Positions 26,651-37,808 of a stretch of 64,000 nucleotides of DNA are shown piece after piece. Source of the DNA: Pseudogymnoascus verrucosus (taxonomy: Eukaryota); assembly GCA_001662655.1 (NCBI GenBank), contig KV460206.1; one strand, written 5' to 3'. The position numbers and the translations under genes are program-made. Below the pieces are notes generated by a model. The model was given only the letters and a program-made list of their open reading frames with translations. It was not told the origin of the DNA and searched no databases. The stretch's first letter is position 1; each line of letters begins with the position of its first letter.

Positions 26651-27880
26651 TCAAGCTCTCCCCACATTAAGAGGGCTCTTCGGATCATACTCCGCACTCT
26701 CAATCAAATCCGGATACACCAACCCCCCCTGCCTCCTAACCTCATCCATCGTCTCCATAATCAACGTACTCTCCTCCCAACTAATCCACTCACTCTCCAG
26801 CTTCCCATCCCTCAAACACCTCGCCGCCTCATCCGCCTCCCAGAACATGCCCTGTCCCCACCCCTCCCTCTCCTCATCCTTGGGGATCGGACATTCCACC
26901 TCCTCCACCTTCGAAGGGTCGGAGTTCATAATCACGCGGTAGTGCGTGGGGCAGTATGCTGGGCCGTCGACTTGGATCTCGCCCTTGGTTCCTGTGATTG
27001 TGATAGCAGCCCCATAGTTCTTCCCATGCTTATATCCCGCCCTCAACCCCGTCAGAGCAATCCCCATCGCGTTGTGCTTGGGGAACTGGAGGATCATGCT
27101 CGTCATCTCGTCCGCTCCGGTCTCAGCATACTTCTGGATAGCAGCCAGTACCGTCGGCGCCTCGCGCGGTTTTGGCTGCGTCGTGTACATGATCTGGAAT
27201 ACCCAGGTCAAGGCGTAGATCCCGATATCCAGCAGCGCACCCCCCGCCAGCTCCTTATTAACCATGCGATTCTCGTTAGGGAAGTTCAACTTCCCCCCCT
27301 CAGCGTTCTCAGGGAACGACAGATCGGAGACGACGCGGATGACATCGCCAATCTCGCCGCTCGAGACCATCTCGCGGATCTTAACAGACAGCGGGAAACA
27401 CCTCGTCCACACCGCCTCCATAAAGAACAACTTCTTCTCCTTAGCAACCTCATACAACTTCTTCGTCTGCTTCGCATTCACCGTCAGCGATTTCTCGCAC
27501 AGCACATTCTTCCCCGCCTCCAGGGCCAGCATGGCGTTCTGGAAATGGTGGGAGTGGGGAGTGGCGATGTAGATGATGTCGATATTCGCATCGGCGACCA
27601 GCTCGGCATAGGAGCCGTATGCCTTGGCCGTCGAGGGGCCCTTGCAGTTGTTTATGAAGTCCTGGGCGCGCGACGCGGAGGAGGAAGAGGCTGCGGCGAC
27701 GAGCTCGTGGCGCACATCGTGGGTGTCGCGGATGGCGGGGTTGGTGAGGAGATCTTTGGTGAATTCTGGGGGTTGTTAGTTGGTGAGGGGGGGAGGCGGG
27801 GGAGGGGGGGAGGAAGTACTCTCTGCGATGTTTCCCGTGGCTAGGATACCCCACTTGACGACGAAGGGAGAGGAAGACAT
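26651..27880 (-). CDS. Gfo/Idh/MocA oxidoreductase (dihydrodiol / NADP D-xylose dehydrogenase-like), 2 exons
   Basis: VKWGILATGNIA, DIIYIATPHSHH, NVLCEKSL, FFMEAVWTR, AGGALLDIGIY. Confidence 0.92.
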
Positions 27881-28681
27881 GATTTCTAGTTTCGTGATAT
27901 AAATTGTATTTCTCGCAAGTCGGTGCAGCTTCGAAGCTCTATAAATTTCAAAAGAACAGAACAATAAATCCGAGTCTGAAAAAAAAGAGAAGGCTCCGGA
28001 TAAAGCTGCCAGCTAGCTGTCCTTATAATACCCCTCCAGGCATTCGGAGGAGGGGTACGCGCATCTTGGTAATCCAGATGGGGGAGAGGCGTCTCCTGCC
28101 CAATGACATGTCTGGGATCTCCGATCGGCGGGAACCCCTCCATAGCACCACAAGGCCAGCGTAACCATACACGGTAGAGAAGCTATAGGGAATACCCACA
28201 TCTGGTTTACGCATTTAGGCACGTTACGCCGATACAGCTGGTTACGTTACGTGACCCACCCGTTGTCGGGGTAAATATCATTTCTAGAAGCATGTTTGGA
28301 AATGGGATGGATGTAGTTTGCTTTCGTTTATATATCGGCAACTCTTTTCACGTGTATCATAAACATCGCGTTTTATCACTTGCATTTTTCTCAATGGAAT
28401 TTTCTGAATGATTTAATATAAAGATTATATTTCTGGCACAAAGTGCGCCCTGAACTCCGTGCGCTATGCATTGTAATACATCCCCCCTCCCCGCCCCTCT
28501 AGTTGATTCCTTTCTCTCTTCTCATATACTCAGTCCATGAGCGTTCTATGTACCGCCATGTTTGTTCACCGGTGACTAGATCACAACTCAAGAGCGTCTA
28601 TTGATGGGGAGTTCAACCCCAACGTGATCTTTCTCATTCAGTTTTGCAGCCTCCGCAAGACCTGAGAAACGGCGGCCCCCC

Positions 28682-30970
28682 TTAAGGCTCCGTCTTGATC
28701 TTCGTCCTTACAGAAAGTAACTCCTCCTATATATCTCGTCAGTCTCCGCCCATCTCCCCCACCCCCAGAACAACTCACCTCATTCTTCCTCTTCCCCAAC
28801 ACCGGCTCCGGCGTCCCACGATAACTCTTCCGCGCCTCCGCATGACAACTCGCGTGATAAATCCTCTCCCCAATCTTCACCGCATCCATCCAGACAAACT
28901 CCTCATCCAGCCACTTCATCTCGAACTTCTCCTGACAAATCGGGCAGAGACTATTCGCCAGCTCCGGGTCGTCTGGCACAGCGAGGTACTGCTGTTTCTT
29001 CGGGCCCTGGGAGGCAGGGGCGTCTTTGTCGGTGGTGGCGCTGGCGAGGTGCTCTTCGTCCGTTTCCCGGGACTTGATCCAATCCTGCCATGTCTGTTAG
29101 AGTTATTTTCTCTTGTGAATGAGTGGGGTGATACATACCAGTTCATCGACATACCAACTCCGATGCTGCCCACGCTTCTCCGCCTCGACCATACGCTGGT
29201 GCACACGGAAATGCCAGTCCATATGCGCGGCCTTCTTCTTCTTGCCCTCCTCGTCGGTCTGGAAGCGGCGTCCGCACTGGGTGCACGGGATGCCGAGACG
29301 CTCGTAGAGGCGACCGATCAGGTGGGGGCGGGGACTGTATGTGTTAGGCGCGTTGACTAGTATGGGATAAAGGGTGACTTACATCTTGAGCGACGCAGGT
29401 GTGAGTTGGACGATGTCAACGGCAGCCTGGGGACCTCCAGCCCACGTGGGGAGTTGGCCGGTTTGACCGTGTAAAACTGGAGGGGGGGGAAAGATGCCTG
29501 GGAAGGCGCTTGGTGGAGGAATCTGTGGCATTTGGCGGATTGGTGGTGTTGCCGTCGGCGCTGGTTCACTGGGTAATAATCCAGCAGCTCGCAGCTGATC
29601 GAGGAGAGACATTGGGTTTGGCGTCGCTGAAGGTGGCCTGGCCGTAGGGCCCTGGGGTGGTGGGTATGCTGGGAGTGTATACGACGGCTGCGAGTGCGCT
29701 GGCTGTACATTTGCTGGTAGTGGTGGAGGAGTCGCGCGAGGTGTCGACGTTGACCTCGCCAGCAGAGCAGCCAATGCATTTTGGCCGCCCAAGAGAGACG
29801 CAAGACTGGGCTGCTGCGCAGGCGGTTGTGATACGGCTACGGGGGTTTGTACAGGTGCCGGCGCAGGTTGCGGCGGCGGCGCTTGCGGCTTAGATGCAGC
29901 AGACAGCGCCTTGACTTGGTCTTTTATGAGCGCTATCTGATCAGGAGGCAGCTTTTGGCTGCCGAGTATGCTCTGTAGATCAAGCAGGGCCTTAAGTCTT
30001 GTCTGGATACTGCCATCATATGGATTTTGAGCAAATTCACTCTTTGCAGCAGTAATGAGACGTGCAATATCACTGTTCAGTGTGTCTATGTTATCATCCA
30101 GCACCCCATACCCCCGAGTTTGTGCAGGCTGAGGTTGCCACGGCTGTGCCGCAGCCGGCGGTTGGTATTGAGCGGGTTGTTGTTGCTGGGAATGGTCAGT
30201 GACGGAATCGTCAAGAGGGATGAAGGGACATACCTGCTGGTTGCCATATGGCGGGGGGTATTGCGAGCCAGGATATTGGTTCCCCGCCATATTTGGGTGT
30301 TGCAAGGGCGGTGTCGCTGTGTTTCGGAAAGGCACTGGAGATGGACGATTCTTGCCAGCGAGTGGTTGTTGTTGCCTGGCGTATTCTTGATGTGCTTGAA
30401 TGGCCGACGTCCTGGCTTTGATGAGGGCATTCTCAATCGGCCTGGTCACTTCAGGGAGGAACACTGGGCGTGTATCGATCGACCCGGGGACTGGTTCTTT
30501 CCAAGTCTTCAGCATCTCCTCCATCTTCCGTCTAACATTGTTGTCGACCAGCGCGTACGCTTCCATAAATGTCGAGAACAGCTGCCGACCGAAGAATAGT
30601 GTGTAGGGTGTGCCGACATTCTTCACGATCGAGTCGAGGAGGTAGAGCGCGGGGAGTTTCTTCAAAGGGCCGGTCTGTATGAATGTAAGTAAAGGTTCAA
30701 ACCAAACGAAGGAATACAGAAGAATGATGAAAAGAGACGCCTGTTACACCCCTTCCGTTGAAAACAGTTCAAGAGTGAACTCTACAGTATGAAAATGTCA
30801 CCTACCCGTTTAATATGATCCTTCAGCGCCTCCGAAATGGCGAGGGCATTCTCTGTATTCTCTTTCGCGATGATAGTAAGATTGCTGATTTCATATCTCG
30901 AGTTCATAGTCAAGTCCTCCAGCGCCACCTTGAAGTCCTCCGCCACCTCATCTGACGCCCCGTAAGACAT
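28682..30970 (-). CDS. PCF11: mRNA 3'-end cleavage/termination factor Pcf11 (CID domain plus zinc fingers), multi-exon
   Basis: LEDLTMNSRYEISNLTIIAKEN, KKLPALYLLDSIVKNVG, CTQCGRRF, HMDWHF, CPICQEKF...W.WMDAV...YHASC. The last exon reads EELLSVRTKIKTEP*. Confidence 0.95.
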
Positions 30971-32122
30971 GGTTATGGGTTATGTAGTATAGAGAAAGGT
31001 GTGACGACGATGTAGTATGTGAAAGGAAAACAAGCAGTAATTGGCCCGGTGGCGGGCGTGCGGCGAGAAGCGCGTAGAGCACACACGGTTGTTCAACGGG
31101 GCAGGTTCTGGTCTCAACAACAGCAGCACCTAGTTACATCCATGCAAGATAGTTTTCAACTCTCTGGGAGAACTAGAATCGTGTATTTGATGCCTTTTTG
31201 CCCTCCTCCTTCAACAACGCAAAGTAGTAGTACCCCACAACTTCGCCTGCTCTGCTCAACGGCCTCCAAAGCAACGATGATTCACCCAACCTCCTTCGCC
31301 AGTATTAGTCTTCGTTGGAGCCTCTGGGGCTGTGATGTCGTGTGGTGGGAGGGAGGGGTGATAGAGGGGGAGTGAACGAGTGGTGGAGTTGTAGGAGAGG
31401 GTGCTTTTCAAGGAAATGGAGGAGGGAGTTGTGGTGGTGAGGTTGTCCAGGTCGGAATCCGCGACCTGAACAAAACCATGAACTTGGCGTGAAATCGGGC
31501 GCTAGTCTATTTTAGGTTACGATAAGATCTGGGTGATATGATATGAAGTGAATATTCACCGCCAAAGTATCGAAGTTGGACAAGTGAAAGTGTACTTTAA
31601 CGGGGAAGTGCATTCAGGTTAGTCCGTCAGACTGACATGTATAATAGTAAAAAGAGTCAGTTCTATGTTCACCGCTAGTGTGAACTTAATAATCCATTCC
31701 TCAATCACCACTTTCTGATACTCCACGGCTGACAGCCGGCATATCACGCGAACATATCAATTCTACCTCCATCTTTTTATAACTTCTATCTATCGTTCCC
31801 CTCGCAGTATAATAAACATAGAAATCATTCCCACTAGCTACTATCCCTCCGAACGTTGATCAACTCAACATTTGGAATTAGCCCGCCAAAACACCAAGCA
31901 GTCGTCCACGTCGGGAAGGTACTTATTGATACCAAAAACGTCACATGCATCCCCAGGCATCCCATAAACCGTACACACACACGCCACCACAAAATCCCCC
32001 ATATAACGTTTAACCTCCAACCACGAAAATCTTAGACCCAACATACATACATACCAACGAAATAAAGAAAAATCCTACCACAACACTACAACACCCTCAC
32101 TCAACCCACCACAACTACCAAA

Positions 32123-32617
32123 ATGAAGCTCTCCCTCCTCCCCATCCTCACCTTCCTCGCACTCGCCTCCGCCGCCACCCAACCCCAGCGCCAAGTCATC
32201 GTCTCATACCCCGATAACACGCCCTACAGCGTCCTCGAAGCGGCTATGGATGAGATCCGCGCGGCGGGAGGCATGATAACGCACGAGTATAAGATTTTCA
32301 AGTGAGTAGAAAGAACCCTCTCCCGGCTGGTTTATGTGACTCCTCGATCTTTCCCGGTCCTCCCGAGCGGATTTGATGGATGAAGGTGGGATGGAGGGGT
32401 GGATGGAGAGAGGGATGAGGGGCAGTGGATGGACGATGAACGGATGGACGATGGGTGGTGGATGGTTATAGTGCATGTTACTGACTACAGCAACAGAGGA
32501 TTCGCAGCGAAAGCCTCCGTCAAAGCCCTCGAGACCGTCCAAGCCATGGGCACCGAATACGTCGCTCTGATCGAGGAAGACGCCATCATCTCCGTGAACA
32601 GCGGTAATGCGCAGTAG
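32123..32617 (+). CDS. Secreted stand-alone peptidase inhibitor I9 (subtilisin-propeptide-like); intron 32302-32496
   Basis: Signal peptide MKLSLLPILTFLALASA, then VIVSYPDNTP...GGMITHEYKIFK|GFAAKAS...IEEDAIISVN, which is the I9 pattern GG.I.H.Y...GF......IE.D. Confidence 0.88.
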
Positions 32618-34812
32618 AGCGAGCGGAGCGAGCCAGCGAGGAGACCGATAGGCCGACGAGCAGACTGGCCGGCGAGCAGGGAGACTGGTGGTGATGGATG
32701 CGCCGGGTCTGCGGGGATGATGATGATGACGGGAATGAAATGATGATACGATATGGATGGATGGGATGGGGATACTGTCTCGCTGCTGGCCGGGAGAGGG
32801 ATTTCTAGGCTGCTAGAAGGGATGTGATGGGATGGGGGAGTTTGGGATGGGATGGGAATAATGGGTTAAAGCGATGAGTTATATCCGAATTTCAAGTTAA
32901 ATCTGAATCTGATGATGATGGATGAATGGATGGATTGATGGTATTGATGGTATTGATGAGCCCTGTCTATCTATCCCAACCGTGACGCCTGTCCTGTCTG
33001 TGTATCACTGTGACCTACTTCCTTACTTACCCATCGACTCTGCTTGATAACCTAGATGATATATCAATACCAGCAGCCATCCAACAAATCCCCAACATCA
33101 CCCCCCCCCCAACCTCCGCCTCCAACATCCAACGTCCAACTCCAACTTCCCACACCTCTATGACGACACCCCACGTGACCCATCCACATCACATCACGTG
33201 ACACCAAGCCTCGGTCCCCCGTCACATCATAACTGCCACTCAGGCCCGCGCCGTCCAACAGACCCACGACCCGATGATGGTAACACAGCCATTAGCGCCT
33301 GCGTGGGTAAAGCAAGTTAAGCAAGTTACAGTAGTACTCCCAGCCAGGCCCCTAGCAAAAAGTCAAGGCGTCAAGGAGTCAGCCAGCCAGCCAGCCAATT
33401 AGTCTACTGCTTACTTGGACGGAGTGGAAGGGGAGGAGAGGGTAAATAGAGGAGGAGGAGGTTCTGGACTGGGAGGGGAAGGGCAGGGGAGTATCAGCGC
33501 CTCTCACCAGTACTTGCTTGCTTGGTAAGAGGCGTATTTTTGTGGCTTGCGGGCGATGCGGTCATCCATCTGTGCGTGCGTTTACCATAATCCCGCCAGA
33601 GAGAGAGAGAGGCGGGGATGGGGATGGGGGGAGTGGCTGTACGGTGGTTTGAGGAGAGCGGAGAGAGAGTTGGGGGGGGGAGAGCGGAGGACGGAGGACG
33701 GGGTCCGGAGCGGAGTTTACACTGCGCGGGTTTGGTATGGTGGGTGTATGGGTGGGCTGTGGTCATTTGTATGGTCGGTTGTGGGTTGTGTGCACCCACG
33801 CCCTGCCTCCTGCCTCTCTCTTTCCGTCTATCTGATCTATCTGAAATGTTCTGGCTGGCCTGCCGTTTTTTTAACTAGAGCAAGTAAATGGGCGGTGCCT
33901 CCCTACCTGCTCAATGAAAACAAGTGACTGAGAGAGCGGAGTTCTACTTCCCTCTTCGTGCGTCCCGCCGCGTCTTGTACTGTACCTACCTACCTTGCTT
34001 TCCTAGCCCACCAGCCCAGATGAGGGGGGGGTGATTAGAAGGGGGTGAGTGAGAAGTGAGCAGAGAGATGAGCAGGGAGTGAGGAAACGGGGCTGGAACT
34101 TGCTTGCTTGCTTGCTAGTAAGTACACACCATAGTACGGTGGGTGGTAGGTGCTAGGTGGTTTATTTGGAGAGGAGAGCTACGCTGCTGCTGCACAGTCC
34201 CCGCCTCCTCTCTTTCTTGCCTGTTTGTCTGTCTGTCTGTCTGAGATGGACATGGCTATGGGGTGGGGGGCGAGCGCGTGTGGTGGATTTTGACCTCCTT
34301 CCTGCGTGGGCAAAGCAAGCAAGCGCAACATGGGCCACCACCAGGCATGGGGCATCATAAAAGTGGCATGGTACAGGATGTATGGTATGGTATGGTATGG
34401 CCTGGTAGGTATGGATCCGTACGTAGTCCAGAAAATTGTAGGGCGGGCGGGATGTGGTTGATCCGTCGAAGTTGCTAGGTGGGTGTATTTTTGTATGGGG
34501 TGTATGTGGGTGTGTATGGTATGGTACTTGCACTTTTGGTGCGTGTGTACATACTATGCTGGTGTACCACCGTTGTTCGTATTTCGTACTTGGGTTGGGG
34601 AAAATGATGCCTGTCTCTCTCTCTTTCGCGACATGGGAGGGGGAAGAGAGGAGAGAGGCTATTTCTCACACACAGACAGACAGGCTAGGCGCAATCATAT
34701 GTGTACATGCGTACATACATACACACACGCACACCTGTAAGTATGGTACGGTACATACATACTCCGTACATACTGTATGATGTCGTGCGTAGTTGCAGCA
34801 GTGGGTGGAGTC

Positions 34813-34868
34813 GTATGGTAGAGGATGGCACGGTATGGTAGAGGATGGCACGGTATGGCACAGGATGG
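34813..34868. repeat. 20-bp tandem repeat GTATGGTAGAGGATGGCACG, about 2.8 copies
   Basis: Two exact copies plus a diverged third, read directly. Confidence 0.85.
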
Positions 34869-35238
34869 AAGAAAATGTTGACCCCCCTCTGTCCCTCTGT
34901 GGGAGATCAAATGTGAGGAAAGAAGCGGGGAATGTTAGGTGAGGAAGCGAACTGAATGGAGCAGCAACTGGGACTGTACGATAGTATCTCTGCTTCAGTT
35001 TGTTATATGCGTGTTTCTCCGCGCCCTGTACATACATGAGCGGTTGATATGCGTGTCCTATGCGTGTCTCTCAGCTGTAGGTGGTGGGTGGACACAGTGC
35101 GGTAGGAGGTGCGTTGTAGCGCAGTACTGAGTGGTATATGAACACAGAGAAAGTGGGTGGTGGGTGATTAGAAGGTGCAAGTGTGTGTGGATGTGTGTGG
35201 GTGTATGGGTGGGTGGTGATGGTAGGTGGGCGAGTGCC

Positions 35239-35290
35239 ATGAGCAGCATGAGTAGTATGAGCAGTATGAGCAGTATCAGCAGTATCAGCA
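35239..35290. repeat. 9-bp tandem repeat AT(G/C)AGCAGT, about 6 copies
   Basis: atgagcagc atgagtagt atgagcagt atgagcagt atcagcagt atcagca. Confidence 0.85.
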
Positions 35291-35503
35291 CTCCCTCCCA
35301 CTCTCTTCGTTATGAGGCCGCCCTTGTTATGATTATCCCCCCCATGTACCCCCCGTACCTCCACCCCTCCATACTCGGTTACGTTCCTCTGGTCTGAAGT
35401 GAGGGAAGTGAAGTCACTGGTACAAGCAACGGCTAAGCACGGTGATTGGGTGGATCGATTGGCGTCTCTTCTTTCCCGGTTTGAGTGTGGTGTGTGTGTG
35501 TTT

Positions 35504-35523
35504 GGGTGTATGGGTGTATGGGT

Positions 35524-35561
<38 letters not shown>
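35504..35561. repeat. Compound microsatellite (GGGTGTAT)n(GGGTAT)n
   Basis: Read directly; part of an SSR-rich 4.6-kb intergenic region upstream of NHP6. Confidence 0.9.
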
Positions 35562-37298
35562 GAGTGATGGGCCAAAATGTGAGGGGAGGGGGGAAAAGGC
35601 GCAGAGGGCGTAGAAGGCGTACTGTAGAGAGAGCAGGCAGATGATGGCACTTCGGCACCAGTCGGCAGGAGAGGTGCTGGCTGGATGCAGCTTAGCGTGG
35701 ATTGGGAGATGTGCTTTGAGGTGCTTTATGTGGTGCATTTACTGCTACTAAGGCAGAGTGGGATGAGTGGGAGTAGAGTACTACCACCTACTATCGTACT
35801 ATATCGTACTATAGCAACAAGGTCGAGCAAGGTGAACAAGGTCGAGCAGCATTTCACTCTACTACTCTACTCTACCTAGTAGCTAGTAGCTAGTAGATTA
35901 GCCCAGTACCAAGCATTAGAGTACTCTACCAGTAGTACCACCAGCGGTACCACGTAAATGGCCGTACCGCAGTACCAGATGTGAGGTACCTGGTGTTATC
36001 AGCCAAAAGTACCGGCAGCACCTAGCCAGTAGGAGCAGTACTTCTAACTCTGTTGCTACTGCTCTGCTTACATATGGGAGGTGCGCAGTTGCAGTACTGT
36101 GGACAGTCCCGGACAGCCTCCTTCTTCTTGTACTCACAGTAGAGTAGACTGTCCGGGACTGCCCATATGTACTTCTCGTGCACGCAGCACAGTACATACA
36201 AACCATACATACAATACGCGCATTATGGTGTGTGTACTGCTAGGTTGGTGGGATACAGTACAGACACCCACAAGTACACACACCACAATCAATCACAGTG
36301 CATACTGGAGATAGGTGGGATACAGTACAAGACACCCACACCCACACACCAATACACACACAGTACACACTACACACTACAGTACTCCTACTACGCCTAC
36401 TTGCTCCTACTCCTCTCCTCTCCCACTCCCACCCCGCCCGCACCATACATACCACACACGCACATTTCTCCCATACAACTTGCCCACGCCCACCTCCCAT
36501 CACCCACCCACCTCTCGCCCACCTCTCGCCCACCTCCCACCTTCCCTCACATACTAGATTACGCCCACCTCCCACCCGCCTACCTCTCCTACACCTCTCT
36601 CTCTACACACAACTCTGCCTCATAACTCTCTCTCACAATCTACCATACTACGCCCATACAAATAAAGGTCACTCATATCCAACAGGTACGTTTACACCAA
36701 TATCCTCAACCCTTCCTCCTTATACCCAGAGAATACAATTAAAAGAGTCGCGTTCATCGCTTTTAAATCTCTATACTTGTTCTCGTTTCATCCGCATCTC
36801 TGCCCATTTCTCCTCGTTGTTTTCCCTCCTCGTCGTCGCCCTTCACACAAACTCTCACAACTCTCACCCACCTCCAACCTTACTACCACGCATCTGATCT
36901 CGCACTGACGCGACTGCTTCCTCACAGTTCAATTCGAACACCCTCACAACAGCCAACTTTCCGAAAAACCCTTCAATCAATCATCGTAAGTTCCTCATCA
37001 ATCGTCATTCTTTCATTCAACACACCTTTGCGCTTTCCCGTCGCGTCGATTCTGCACCTTCGCCCGACAACCACGACTTCACCTTAACCACCACGCGATT
37101 TCACCCACACAAAAGTTATCACATTCCGTCGCGCCCCAGTGCAAAATCCCACAACTCCACCAACAACACCAGCCACCTCGTCATCGCGCGACACGGAATC
37201 ACAAAGGCTCTTTCTCTCTTCGTGTTCAATCGCGACAAACATTGGCAGAACCTCAATTGACACATTCTTCCAGAACCACCTCACACCTTACCACCACC

Positions 37299-37808
37299 AT
37301 GCCTAAGGAGACCAAGACCAAGCGCGCCACCAAGCCCAGAGGCGAGAAGAAGAAGAAGGGTGCGTAGAAACTTCCCCTTCCTGACCCTTTTTGAGGGTCT
37401 TTGACGCGTCCATACTGACTCTGGACCAGACCCAAACGCGCCCAAGCGTGGTCTCTCCGCCTACATGTTCTTCGCCCAGGAGCAGCGCGACAACGTGCGC
37501 GAGGAGAATCCCGGAATCTCTTTCGGTATGAACCCTCCCTCCACTCATTGTCAATCAATCGCGAAAAAAACATATACTAACACAACCCCCCAGGCCAAGT
37601 CGGCAAAGTCCTCGGCGAGCGCTGGAAGGCCCTCAACGACAAGCAGCGCACCCCTTATGAGACCAAGGCACAGGAGGACAAGAAGCGCTACGAGGACGAG
37701 AAGGCTTCCTACAATGTAAGTGCCGAGAAGCCGGTCGGCGTCCGCAAACGTCCCAGCCGCACTGATTGACGCGTCGTGCAGGCTGATGCCGAGGAAGAGT
37801 CGGGCTAA
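37299..37808 (+). CDS. NHP6: HMG-box non-histone chromosomal protein 6, 4 coding exons; two probable 5'UTR introns (36686-36927, 36986-37273)
   Basis: [101 protein letters not shown]. Confidence 0.97.

Noticed and set aside
26546..27844. 432-aa + strand ORF antisense to the oxidoreductase
   Set aside because: It is a shadow of a codon-biased gene on the other strand, with a TTG start and no recognisable motifs.
31447..31470. Short hairpin CAGGTC...GACCTG resembling a tRNA T-arm
   Set aside because: There is no TTCRA loop or cloverleaf. Other GTTCGA hits (about 2004 and 11505) also lack tRNA structure.
33000..36900. Many overlapping 60-200 aa ORFs upstream of NHP6
   Set aside because: They are translations of microsatellites and skewed sequence, with no coherent splice chain or domain.
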